From: a virus
Lineage: Duplodnaviria; Caudoviricetes
Reading direction: 5' to 3' (one strand)
IMG/VR virus record: IMGVR_UViG_3300032123_000052
Span: 1 to 64,000 of that record
DNA: 64,000 nucleotides
A program made the position numbers and the translations under genes. Shown here in pieces: positions 51,059 through 60,545 of the stretch (positions within the stretch are counted from its first letter, which is position 1; every line of letters begins with the position of its first letter). The notes beneath the pieces were generated by a model, which saw nothing but the letters and a program-made list of their open reading frames with translations, did not search any database and was not told the DNA's origin.

Positions 51059-51829
51059 TTATTGGGTTAAATGCTGCTGAATGAACTGGGGCTCTTTCCC
51101 ATTAAACATTCTATAATAAAATGATTCAGGGTAAAGGGAAAAGTGAACCTCATTCCATAATTCATCAGGCTGATCTGGTTTTGCTTTTTTGTCGTCAGCC
51201 CCATACTTTCTATTGAAATGCTGCACAACCCTTCCGCATGCCAAGCTGGCAAGATATGTAGTGGTCGTGATTATTGATGCACTTGCTCCACATGCGGATG
51301 CGCTTGCCTCCTCATCGCTATATAGCGTTTCTTTCCATGCTGAGGCTTGGTCTCCATCGTGAGGATTGAATGCGTAAACTCGACCTTCACGCAACCCCAT
51401 CCGTGTCTCGATTACCAAGTCTGTATTAAAACTGAATCTTAAACATTTTTCAAATATTTCTTTTCTTGATGCCATGGTATCGGTAAGAATGAAAACGTAA
51501 GTAGACTGGACGCTTTTTTGATCTGTCACCATCTCTTTATGCGTTTCAATCTCAAAATTACACTTACGCTTTATAATCTCATTAAGAGCCTCAACCTTAG
51601 ATTTACCAACCTGTGAAGGTTCATAAATCTGATTACACAAGTTGTGTTCTTCAATAACATCATCATCAAAAACTTTTATTATTCCCTGTTCATGCGCCGC
51701 ATTGCCCCAACCAAGCTGGGCAAGATACAACGCGACATGGCTTCCAGTAGCTCCGACCCCAATTATCGAAATACTTTTTTTTTTTATATCTTTTGGGTCC
51801 AACAACCCCAATTGTCTTAGATATTCCAT
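51059..51829 (-). CDS. ThiF/MoeB-family adenylyltransferase (E1-like Ubl-activating enzyme)
   Basis: YLRQ arginine finger, IIGVGATGS nucleotide loop, FDDDVIEEHNLCNQ, VGKSKVEAL, TDTMASR, ETRMG and a candidate catalytic Cys in SACG. Confidence 0.93.
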   Translation of the reverse strand: MEYLRQLGLLDPKDIKKKSISIIGVGATGSHVALYLAQLGWGNAAHEQGIIKVFDDDVIEEHNLCNQIYEPSQVGKSKVEALNEIIKRKCNFEIETHKEMVTDQKSVQSTYVFILTDTMASRKEIFEKCLRFSFNTDLVIETRMGLREGRVYAFNPHDGDQASAWKETLYSDEEASASACGASASIITTTTYLASLACGRVVQHFNRKYGADDKKAKPDQPDELWNEVHFSLYPESFYYRMFNGKEPQFIQQHLTQ

Positions 51830-52773
51830 TATTCCACAAAGCCTCCTCCATAGAAATCATCGACCTCTTGATCAACTTCATCTAACAATGACGCAACTTC
51901 TTGTGCGTTGAGGCTAGGCTTATTAGTTACTTTGGATGTTTTGTTTGGAAGGAAATTAATCTGCTTTCCGTACTGCCTGAATTTTCCCTCTGTGTACCGA
52001 ACCCTATCCTTATAGTCAGTTGTTTTGTAGGCGGTATATTCTTTATTTTTAGGTATATTGGCTTTCTTCAGCTCTTTTACCTTTTTCTTTATTTGACCTA
52101 TCTCATCGTCGTTTGAGAATATTTTTGAAATTTCGACACTTTGGTCATAGGAATTTTCTTCAGTGCTTGCTTCTGCGAGCACCTCTCGAACTTCATTCAT
52201 TTTTTCAACTAATGAAGCCGCTGTGTTTTCGTCCTCAGCTTCCCATTTGATATTATCAAATCGAACCTGATTCTCATGGTCAAAAAATGATATACTTATT
52301 TCATCACCACTGCAAATGGCTCTGATCAAGTAAGCACCAGTAGAATTCATTCTTTCTATTGCCTGGTTTTCATCCTGTGACGACGGACTTGTCGCCCTCA
52401 CCCCTGGGTGTTTGTGTCCCCAAAATCTTATCCTCTGGATATCATCAAGCTTCTCCTTTTCGATAAGATATTCCATAATACTGTGTTCACCTTCTGGGGA
52501 TATTTCACACGTTCCACCATCGGCAGCGTCGTGTTTTGGGTAGAATACATCACGAATATAGAACTCGTATTCTCCTATTTCATCAACAACTGCGTAAAAC
52601 CCAACCTCGGTAGTGTGCTCATCCATTAGCACTCTAATCCATTTGAGAGCTGTTGCGCTGAACACTATTTTCGGAGGCTTTTTATTAGCAAGGGTAAGCA
52701 TTCTGTATGTTGTTTTCCGGTTATCCGGCTTGAAGTTCATATTATTACTGATTCTCCGCAGTCTGATGAGCAT
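51829..52773 (-). CDS. JAB/JAMM (MPN+) metalloprotease with charged C-terminal extension
   Basis: Upstream Glu (TEVGFY) and GHKHP...SPSSQD, i.e. the HxH-x-SxxD zinc motif. Its stop overlaps the E1 start; alternative start at 52740. Confidence 0.88.
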   Translation of the reverse strand: MLIRLRRISNNMNFKPDNRKTTYRMLTLANKKPPKIVFSATALKWIRVLMDEHTTEVGFYAVVDEIGEYEFYIRDVFYPKHDAADGGTCEISPEGEHSIMEYLIEKEKLDDIQRIRFWGHKHPGVRATSPSSQDENQAIERMNSTGAYLIRAICSGDEISISFFDHENQVRFDNIKWEAEDENTAASLVEKMNEVREVLAEASTEENSYDQSVEISKIFSNDDEIGQIKKKVKELKKANIPKNKEYTAYKTTDYKDRVRYTEGKFRQYGKQINFLPNKTSKVTNKPSLNAQEVASLLDEVDQEVDDFYGGGFVE

Positions 52774-53776
52774 TATCTTCCTGAGCTTCAGGCCAGTATT
52801 TCATATGATAGCCCCATGAATCATCAGGATTTGGTGTTTTAATAAACCTGATTAACGACTCAACTACGTAAACAAGATCTCTTGCACTAAGAGCATCAAA
52901 TACTGCATTGAATGCCGTCCCAAAGCAAGTACCGCCATCAGCCTGAACATGGCCACATTCCCATACTGCGCCGTTGCTTGAGGCATGTCGATGGGTAAGA
53001 TTTCTTATTGATACTGCTTTTTTCTGGCCTGTAGGGTTCGGAGAAAATAATGCATCAATACGAACACCAAGCCGCATAATACCAATGTGTCTTTTATGGC
53101 CATCCAACCTATCGTCAGTCACAAGAGGAATGGTTATAAAGACAATTTCATCATTGGTGAAATATACCTCGTTGACAAGTTCATAATTTTCAACAATACC
53201 ATTGGCTTGTTCAACAAGATTGATAATATCAGGACTTGTTTCAGAGAATCGTTTAGTAGCATCTTCGATTCTCCTTTTTAGAGCTATTGCTTTATTGAAA
53301 TGAATATTAAAATCTTTTAGAGAGTCATCGAGCTGTTTAGCGATATTGACACTTTCTCCACCAACAGCTTGAGATATTGCGGCATATATCTGCTCTTCAT
53401 TAGCAATACGGCTTTCCTCGATTTGCGATGGGTCGACCATGCGCCGTTCTGTGTCAGCAGCCGCCTCTTCACAGGTATTTTCATCCGCTGGCACGTCCTC
53501 CTCTTCGACATTATCTTCTTCGACGGGTTGACCTTCCTGCTGGGCAGGTTCTGATACAACATCAATAATAACAGAGCTTCCTGTCGTATCGAAGCTGACA
53601 ACTCCGTCGTATGCGTTTGATAATATCTCACGAGCTTCTTCAAGTCGCGGCTCATCAATGATGAGTTGAATTGTGCCGTCCCCGCCGAGATCTATTGAGT
53701 TCATAATATTTAGCAGACCTTCCGGAATGCTATTTATATCATAACCCAATGTCGGTTTAATAAACAACGTAAGCAA
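52745..53776 (-). CDS. Coiled-coil plus C-terminal E2/UBC-like domain protein (paralogue B)
   Basis: TTG start with RBS gaggagg. Acidic linker and coiled coil, then IG..RL..RI, SIRNLT, GHVQADGGTCFG (HxxxxGxxC) and a final WPE. Confidence 0.7.
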   Translation of the reverse strand: MLTLFIKPTLGYDINSIPEGLLNIMNSIDLGGDGTIQLIIDEPRLEEAREILSNAYDGVVSFDTTGSSVIIDVVSEPAQQEGQPVEEDNVEEEDVPADENTCEEAAADTERRMVDPSQIEESRIANEEQIYAAISQAVGGESVNIAKQLDDSLKDFNIHFNKAIALKRRIEDATKRFSETSPDIINLVEQANGIVENYELVNEVYFTNDEIVFITIPLVTDDRLDGHKRHIGIMRLGVRIDALFSPNPTGQKKAVSIRNLTHRHASSNGAVWECGHVQADGGTCFGTAFNAVFDALSARDLVYVVESLIRFIKTPNPDDSWGYHMKYWPEAQEDNAHQTAENQ

Positions 53777-53787
53777 TAAACCCTCCT

Positions 53788-55737
53788 CTAATTAATGTGA
53801 ATAGGTATCGCGTCTGCGAGTAATTCGTCGAATTTCTTTTCTGCCTCAGCTATCTGTTCAATTGCTTCATAAACAACATTGGCATTACGATTTATATTAG
53901 TTGCTATTTCCTCAGATACTTCAGGCCAGTGGTTTACTTTTTCCCCAGCGGCATCTGATGTATTTGCTGATTCAAGGAAAAGTATTATTTGATACACCAC
54001 TTCAAATAAGTCGCGTCTTTTGTACGCATCGGTCAATCCGACCGCAAGGTTCCCATGACAGAAAGTGCCATTGTTCCATACATGCGGAGCGTTCATAATC
54101 GAATCGCCTGCATTAATCTGGTGCTTAGTGTTATTGATTCTTACAGTTTTGCTTTGGTCGTAAGTGTTGCTATGCATTCCGATGATAATATGAAAAGTTC
54201 CTATATCATGCCAACGTTTAGTTCTTTCGTCCTGTGCGTATATATTATTCGTATATACATGGACAGAGCCATCTTTTATTGTGATAGCACTTATTTTGTC
54301 AATTGCTATGGTCTGGTCATAATTATCATTAGCCTTTTTTCGCTCATCTTTCATAAATTCACCTTCATTGAAATAAGCTATCTGGTCATGGAATCTTTGA
54401 AACATTTTTGCATGCTCCATAGCCTGATCAAGACATTCTTTATACTTCGTGTGGTGCTCGTCTTTTTTTTTCTTGATCTGATTGGTTATGGCTTTCGAAT
54501 TTTCCATTGCAAATTGAATATACTCTTCTTTATTATTTATAGCCTTTTTCTCCATATAGGCAATATCAATTTTAACAAGCTCATTATATGGCGTGGAATT
54601 TGAATGCCTTCTTGCAAATTCCTTATATGCAATTTTAAAGAACGTTTTGTTTTTTCCAGTTGAATATGGAACTAGAAAATAAACTACACATCGATCTTTG
54701 ACAGCCCATATCACATGTGTCACTGTGTCTTTATAGACACCATCATATTTGTATATTGGAGAGTTCTTACGCTCTTTCAGGATGTCTCTAATTCTACGCT
54801 CTTTATTTTCTTCGCTTGCCCTAGTCTCGCGACGTATGTCATTAATCGCTTTATTTTCATTTCTGGTACCGGCGATGGTATGTATTTCATCAATTTCACA
54901 ACCGAAACACAAAGCTTTCATACCTTCATTAATTAAGAACGTTATGGTCGGCATGCTATAAGTAAAGAACAGTACATCTTTCGATAAATCGGACATAATA
55001 TATTCAGCTTTTATCATGTCCAATACCATAGATGCATGTGATGCGCTATATAAACACACTATGCTTTTTTTGATGCTTTTAGCAATATCTGTTATTAAAT
55101 TAAATTGGGTTTCGGTGAGCTTAGAGCCAAACACAACCACCCTAACCCTCTCTTCATCAAAAGAAACGTCATGATCTGTACAAGGGCAGTCTTTTATGTT
55201 CGTGATATTATCAAGAATCTTTTTCATGCGAGTAATCCATTTTGGTATTTCTTTTGGTTTCTCCAGCTCAACCTCAACCATTTCTTCTTCGGGAACAGCC
55301 ACATCATTTGAAGCGCCAGAATACTCTTCTGTTGGCAGCTCTTCTTGTGACGTAGTATGGTGATTGTTAATTTCATCCTTAATATTATCAAGCGTAAAAC
55401 GCGATCCACTTGTTCCTACAGATACTACATTTAAATATAATTCTGATGCTTTTGCCTCTTCACCAGTAAGATCGTTTAGTAAATTATCATCAACCCAATA
55501 TCGATGCACTGCCAACCTCATACCATGAATATTTGAATTCATTATTAATGGCTGAAGCCTTGGGTCTTTATCAAGCTTGTCCCACAGATAATTTATTGTA
55601 TTAAACGCTGTATCAAAACCGTCCTTATCGACAGCGGCGGCTACAGCCCCATTTTCTAGTGCATATTTCATAAATTCAATATTAAGAATTTCGGCAAGCC
55701 ACATTTCGACAAACCCAAAGGTCTGGTCCATTTGCAT
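53788..55737 (-). CDS. Large coiled-coil plus C-terminal E2/UBC-like domain protein (paralogue A)
   Basis: RBS aaggag. Coiled coil, then DIGTFHIII, VRINNT, APHVWNNGTFCHGN (PHV...G..C.G), L..V...I..FL and a final WPE. Confidence 0.75.
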   Translation of the reverse strand: MQMDQTFGFVEMWLAEILNIEFMKYALENGAVAAAVDKDGFDTAFNTINYLWDKLDKDPRLQPLIMNSNIHGMRLAVHRYWVDDNLLNDLTGEEAKASELYLNVVSVGTSGSRFTLDNIKDEINNHHTTSQEELPTEEYSGASNDVAVPEEEMVEVELEKPKEIPKWITRMKKILDNITNIKDCPCTDHDVSFDEERVRVVVFGSKLTETQFNLITDIAKSIKKSIVCLYSASHASMVLDMIKAEYIMSDLSKDVLFFTYSMPTITFLINEGMKALCFGCEIDEIHTIAGTRNENKAINDIRRETRASEENKERRIRDILKERKNSPIYKYDGVYKDTVTHVIWAVKDRCVVYFLVPYSTGKNKTFFKIAYKEFARRHSNSTPYNELVKIDIAYMEKKAINNKEEYIQFAMENSKAITNQIKKKKDEHHTKYKECLDQAMEHAKMFQRFHDQIAYFNEGEFMKDERKKANDNYDQTIAIDKISAITIKDGSVHVYTNNIYAQDERTKRWHDIGTFHIIIGMHSNTYDQSKTVRINNTKHQINAGDSIMNAPHVWNNGTFCHGNLAVGLTDAYKRRDLFEVVYQIILFLESANTSDAAGEKVNHWPEVSEEIATNINRNANVVYEAIEQIAEAEKKFDELLADAIPIHIN

Positions 55738-55775
55738 TATACTCCTTATGATGAAGATTACTATCTATATAATTA

Positions 55776-56102
55776 TTATTCCATATTATATGCATGGATA
55801 ACACGCTCTTTTGTTAAGCCAAGCAGTTCTTTTATTTTACACCACTCTTCCCACGAGTGGCAAAGAAATGTCCTGGTTCCACATTGAGCGAGTTTTGTTA
55901 GTTTTGTCAGTTGTAGCTTTTGTGCAACACCAGTTAATCTTTTACATTCAACCATGATGGCGCCAGTAAGTATGGTTGTAAAGAACACATCGGGCTCACC
56001 GTTTTTATTTGCTTTCATTATTTTGAAACATTCGCAATACTCGCCAAATGATTCCAGATCAATCAGGATTTGATTCTGAATTTTTTTTTCATTTTTTGCC
56101 AT
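55776..56102 (-). CDS. VRR-NUC family nuclease
   Basis: EKKIQ..I, NGEPDVFF, MVECKR..G...KLQ and SWEE. Confidence 0.85.
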   Translation of the reverse strand: MAKNEKKIQNQILIDLESFGEYCECFKIMKANKNGEPDVFFTTILTGAIMVECKRLTGVAQKLQLTKLTKLAQCGTRTFLCHSWEEWCKIKELLGLTKERVIHAYNME

Positions 56103-56184
56103 ATTGATACTCCAAATTTAAAAACTTTCGTGGCTAAGTAGTAAGTGCGGTATTGGCCAACCCTATCTCTCGGCTGTTTTGGCC

Positions 56185-56784
56185 TCATAACTTTACTTCG
56201 TGTCCAATGCCAGTCTCATTATCCGCGACTCCAAATTGGAACCGCCCGTTGATGTAATCAAACTGCTTTTTAAGATTTCTCGCGTCATCCAATGCGATAT
56301 GGGCGGCTGCCTGATCTTTTTCAAAACGCAAATCAAAGCCATTGCGGAACTGTTGTCCTCCACAAAGGTCAAGTAGCATCTGAAAATCTTTGAAGTACAC
56401 CGGGAAGTTCTTGGGAAGATCGATCAACCTTCCGAAACATCTTGCGAATGCAACCCAATCATATGCGCCATAGTCAGCCCAGAATTCAGGTTTCTCATCA
56501 TTGCCGATAAATCTAATGATCTCAAGCACAATTTCATGCATTGTTCTCCAATTATAGAGTGGGTTACAGTACATATCATTACACACAACACCCCTTTCGC
56601 GGTTGATGGTAATTCCCGGAAGATGCTGAAGAACATGGTTTTTTATCCAGGCATCAGCCCTCATAAGACGGGCGCCAGAATTACAGACATACAACTCTCT
56701 ACCATCTTCTGAAACAATGGCAAGGCTAACAAGATCGAGAATAATCCCATCCTCAATAAATTCTGTATCGATAAAGTATTTCAT
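56185..56784 (-). CDS. DEDD-family 3'-5' exonuclease (Rv2179c-like)
   Basis: MKYFIDTEFIEDG, LVSLAIV, FWADYGAYDWV and HIALDDAR. Confidence 0.88.
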   Translation of the reverse strand: MKYFIDTEFIEDGIILDLVSLAIVSEDGRELYVCNSGARLMRADAWIKNHVLQHLPGITINRERGVVCNDMYCNPLYNWRTMHEIVLEIIRFIGNDEKPEFWADYGAYDWVAFARCFGRLIDLPKNFPVYFKDFQMLLDLCGGQQFRNGFDLRFEKDQAAAHIALDDARNLKKQFDYINGRFQFGVADNETGIGHEVKL

Positions 56785-57212
56785 TAATCGTTTTCTCCTT
56801 GAATAATTGATAAAAACTCACTGTTGTATGGTATAAAAGTTGTTGGGCATGGATTGCACGCTGATGCCCATACCCATCCTCCGGGAACACGCATAATCAT
56901 TATATTCTTATTTATATTAATTGTATCACCGAGCTTTAATTCATAAAATAAGTGTGCCGCAGTGATAGTTTTTTCACTAATTTCAAACTCTTTCGCTTGG
57001 TGGAATACTTTTAATTTTTTTGCTACTAATTCTATCCACCATTTCACTTTTTCTATTACCCAATCTTCGGGTGTGTCGTATTCGCCATCTTCTCCGATTA
57101 TCTCATCAATCATTTCAGGATCAACCACTTCGTATTGATATGCATCGATAGCGGCGCGTTCAAGTGCTAATTTCAAAATAGCAGGGTTAAGCATTTTCTC
57201 CATTAGTACCAT
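56784..57212 (-). CDS. Hypothetical protein
   Basis: 142 aa, coupled to its neighbours; C-terminal MRVPGGWVW..TTFIPY segment. Confidence 0.55.
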   Translation of the reverse strand: MVLMEKMLNPAILKLALERAAIDAYQYEVVDPEMIDEIIGEDGEYDTPEDWVIEKVKWWIELVAKKLKVFHQAKEFEISEKTITAAHLFYELKLGDTININKNIMIMRVPGGWVWASACNPCPTTFIPYNSEFLSIIQGEND

Positions 57213-57468
57213 CCTTTATTATTCTTATTATTTGCCGTTGTGATAATTTGAATTTTTCAGCCAGCTCCCATATAAGCCAGTTGGCGGTTCTCAATTGTCT
57301 TATTTTTTTGTTTCTTCTATCGATAGCTGTTCTGTAGGATTTGACGCCAAGGGATGCTCTGTGCTGTTGTATACATTGGCGCGTTACGCCGAAAGCATCA
57401 GCTATTTTTTGGTCAGAACCATAGCTGTTTACCATACCTTGCATTTGTTCAATTGTAAACTTTTTCAT
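57187..57468 (-). CDS. Small helix-turn-helix DNA-binding protein
   Basis: Two HTH-like segments: DQKIADAFGVTRQCIQQ and ELAEKFKLSQRQIIRI. Confidence 0.7.
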   Translation of the reverse strand: MKKFTIEQMQGMVNSYGSDQKIADAFGVTRQCIQQHRASLGVKSYRTAIDRRNKKIRQLRTANWLIWELAEKFKLSQRQIIRIIKDGTNGENA

Positions 57469-57538
57469 TGAAAAATTTTGTGCCCCTTTGTTTAAATAAA
57501 AAAGGCCGCCAACAATTTAGCAGCCCTTTACAATTATT

Positions 57539-59335
57539 TTATATTTCTAATACATCAGGCCCCTTTTTCAATACCCTCGCCCATTGTTCAAGGGTTAGTG
57601 ATAAATTAACTTTACTTTTTAAAGCTTTCAATACCACCTCATCGATAGTAAGCTTTGTGACTAAATCTATAATTGTTACTGACAATTCTTGACCTTGCCT
57701 GTGTTGCCTCCCTTCCGCCTGGTCGCGCTTGATATAAGAATATGGATTACAAAAAAATACCTGATAATTAGAAAATTGTATATTATGTCCGTGACCCGCT
57801 TTTGCCTGATTACCAATAAAATAGCGATACTGCGGATCTTTGAATTTTTGTACTTGTTCATATGCATCGTCTTTTGCATAGCATGTGAGATACTTATCTT
57901 TACCAAAAGCATTACCTATAGTTTTCGTTATAAGCTCAAGGGCCGGTATATAATGTGCCCATATAATAATTTTTCTCTCTGGAGGGATATTATTTAATAC
58001 TTGAATAAGCAATCGCAACTTTGGATTATCCTCCAGAGTGATAACGCTTCTATCTTTTATTTCTTTTCCATCAGGGGACATACTCGTCCTCGAATTAATA
58101 TAAAAACCTGACGCTATCTGCTGTAATTTAGTTGTCAAAACTAGAGCGTTTTTAGCCGTGAGTGTCTGCTCGCATGACATGTCGCATTTCCCATTTTTAC
58201 TACATAACTTACACATGTCACCAATGATTGCAACGCAATCTTTTTTCATATCATTATATAAAGCAGCCTGTTTTGTTCCCATGTCGCATAACACTTTTTC
58301 GCGTATAATAGGTGGTAGATGTTTAAGACAGTCTTCTTTTTTAAATGAAACTGAGATGTTGCCAATTAGATTTGCAACAACCTCCTCGGCACCACCGTTA
58401 GGAACCCATACATGGCCGTCAGGATCGACAGAATGCATATATTGACCTCTGAACTCACCATGCTTTGCATAAGGAACGGTATCAGGGCCAAGAAATCTGA
58501 AAGGCATAAAAAATGACATCAGATTATTAGATGCCAGCGTTGCTGTCAGTATGTATTTATATTTGCAGTTTTCAAACTTCCGCACTATCTCTTTTGTCTG
58601 CCTCGATCCGGAGCTTCCTATTCTGTGGGCTTCATCAAGAACAACCATATCGAAATACCCGTCAGGTGTAATGTTGAGTATTGAAAACATCGATTCATAA
58701 TTGCCAATATAGATATCATAATCTACATTTTTATTTTTTATTTTATAAGTTTTATTAATGATGTTTGATGATTGGATTTTATTTTTTAGAATCACACCGG
58801 TTAAGTGTGGAATCTGAATTTTCATTTCTTCCAGGACATTTTTCTTTAAATCAGTCATGGTAATAACCAAAGCCTTCTTAACCTGACCACGCTTGATTCT
58901 TTCATCGATTGCCCATAAATACGGGCCTGTTTTGCATGTTCCAGTGTCAGCTATAATAGAAGCAACATCTGGATATGACATAATATTGAATAAAATCTTC
59001 TGATGCTCCATGGGGGTATAAATACCTTGGTAATCATATTCAAATTTGATCTCACCGCCATATTGCGATTTAATTTTTTCTATTACAGTTTTTCTTTTTT
59101 TTATATTTGCCAATATGATATTAACCAGCTTCTTTGCGCCTGTGCCCCATTTTATTCCGTATTTCTTGAATCGGTATATTTTAGGCCCTGATTTTAAAGG
59201 TATAGTTATTCTATTATACCCCCTCACCTTCCTGCCGTGCATCATCCCTTGCATTCTTTCCAGAAGGGACTTGTCGTTACAACCTATAATGAATTGGGTT
59301 TTATTAAGAATTTCTATATTCATAATTATACCCAA
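57539..59335 (-). CDS. SNF2-family (SF2) helicase/ATPase
   Basis: HQK, DTGTCKT (motif I), LDEAHRI, LTAT, NPKL, GHGHNIQ and QAEGRQHRQGQ (motif VI). Confidence 0.9.
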   Translation of the reverse strand: MGIIMNIEILNKTQFIIGCNDKSLLERMQGMMHGRKVRGYNRITIPLKSGPKIYRFKKYGIKWGTGAKKLVNIILANIKKRKTVIEKIKSQYGGEIKFEYDYQGIYTPMEHQKILFNIMSYPDVASIIADTGTCKTGPYLWAIDERIKRGQVKKALVITMTDLKKNVLEEMKIQIPHLTGVILKNKIQSSNIINKTYKIKNKNVDYDIYIGNYESMFSILNITPDGYFDMVVLDEAHRIGSSGSRQTKEIVRKFENCKYKYILTATLASNNLMSFFMPFRFLGPDTVPYAKHGEFRGQYMHSVDPDGHVWVPNGGAEEVVANLIGNISVSFKKEDCLKHLPPIIREKVLCDMGTKQAALYNDMKKDCVAIIGDMCKLCSKNGKCDMSCEQTLTAKNALVLTTKLQQIASGFYINSRTSMSPDGKEIKDRSVITLEDNPKLRLLIQVLNNIPPERKIIIWAHYIPALELITKTIGNAFGKDKYLTCYAKDDAYEQVQKFKDPQYRYFIGNQAKAGHGHNIQFSNYQVFFCNPYSYIKRDQAEGRQHRQGQELSVTIIDLVTKLTIDEVVLKALKSKVNLSLTLEQWARVLKKGPDVLEI

Positions 59336-59793
59336 TTGAAGAAACCGGTTTTAATTTTGTTATTTTCGACTATTGCAACAAACTGAAGAGTTTTATCGCG
59401 ACTCCATTTTTTAATATCGATTATAAATCGGTATTCTTTTCCGCCGCTTTTTGAATCGTTTCCTATAACCCCCTGCTTTGATTTCGCATTTGCAAGCATC
59501 GTAATTATAAATGATTTCATATTTGAAGCAAGTAATAGTGATTTTTGATGACTATCTGGTTTAACAATATCCCTGTATATAAAGGCGTGCTCCCTTGCAA
59601 GCACCTCTAAGCGCTCTGCTATCTGTTTAAATGCATGGTCTGTGATATCAATACCACAACTACCATCATTATCATCAGCATCCAAATCATCTTTGATTGT
59701 TTGTAAAGCTCTCTTTTTGTCATATAGTTCTTGTTCTATTTCATTTAATGAGTTGAGGGCTTTAGCATAATCCAAATATTTATCTTCGTTCAC
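59326..59793 (-). CDS. Hypothetical protein (N-terminal coiled coil; ITDHA...ER motif)
   Basis: 155 aa. The ITDHAFKQIAER and terminal FVAIVENNKIKT pattern weakly recalls RelE/BECR-like small folds. Confidence 0.5.
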   Translation of the reverse strand: MNEDKYLDYAKALNSLNEIEQELYDKKRALQTIKDDLDADDNDGSCGIDITDHAFKQIAERLEVLAREHAFIYRDIVKPDSHQKSLLLASNMKSFIITMLANAKSKQGVIGNDSKSGGKEYRFIIDIKKWSRDKTLQFVAIVENNKIKTGFFNWV

Positions 59794-60515
59794 TTTTTCT
59801 CCTCAAAAATTATTAATCCATACGGGTACCTTTCGTACGGCATGGTAGATACATAATGATAATTTTCCAAATTCCTATTATTACTCTCTAGGATTTTTAT
59901 AAAGAAACCAAGCTTCTTTGTTCTCAACCCGTTGGAAAACGTTCTAAATCCATACAAATATTTGCCACGACTGTGGCTTGTTTGATTAGCTCTGATGAGA
60001 AATACAAACAAAAAATTTTGATCCAGTATTGTCTTGGTCGTCCTGTTGAATGATACTTTCATTCTAACAAACTTATGGTTAAGTTCTTTATTCAAATAGT
60101 GTTGTGGTATTATAAATTCACCCCCCTTGCTGAAATAGGGATGCTGTTTTATATCAGTACCTCTTTCTTTCATCCTTGTTGTCTCAATACGGAAGCCAAC
60201 TGATTGTATTCTAAATACTTCATTTTCTTCAGGAAATAACCGTTCGGTATAATAGCATATTTTTTTTCCTATATATTGTTTTAAGTATTTTGGATTTTGT
60301 ATTAAAGCGTAGTTTTCACGCACAGTAACTTTATGATATGAATTTGAAACAGTCATCTCATTGCTAGGTGGAATGGTTGCAATAATACTAAGTGCACCAC
60401 TACCTTCTCTGTGAGCATAGAAGTGAAGAAATTCTACTTTATTAATTTTTATTCTGTTAAGTATTTCCCCATCCTGTATGACAATATTTTTTGATTGGAT
60501 TGTAGATTCTTTCAT
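59790..60515 (-). CDS. Hypothetical basic protein
   Basis: 241-aa ORF with RBS aagga; its TGA overlaps the ATG of the next gene (GTGA/ATGA-type coupling). Confidence 0.55.
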   Translation of the reverse strand: MKESTIQSKNIVIQDGEILNRIKINKVEFLHFYAHREGSGALSIIATIPPSNEMTVSNSYHKVTVRENYALIQNPKYLKQYIGKKICYYTERLFPEENEVFRIQSVGFRIETTRMKERGTDIKQHPYFSKGGEFIIPQHYLNKELNHKFVRMKVSFNRTTKTILDQNFLFVFLIRANQTSHSRGKYLYGFRTFSNGLRTKKLGFFIKILESNNRNLENYHYVSTMPYERYPYGLIIFEEKK

Positions 60516-60545
60516 GTGTCATCCTTAAAACTGCTGAAGCGCCTC

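Noticed and set aside
51059-51829. ThiF as a thiamine, molybdopterin or cysteine sulfur-relay enzyme (auxiliary metabolic gene)
   Set aside because: No ThiG, MoaE, CysM or rhodanese partner is present, and two E2-like Cys proteins are in the same operon. It is not formally excluded without biochemistry.
56063-56188. 41-aa minus-strand ORF starting in an ATGA overlap
   Set aside because: It has no clear RBS, overlaps the VRR-NUC start in another frame and shows no recognisable features.
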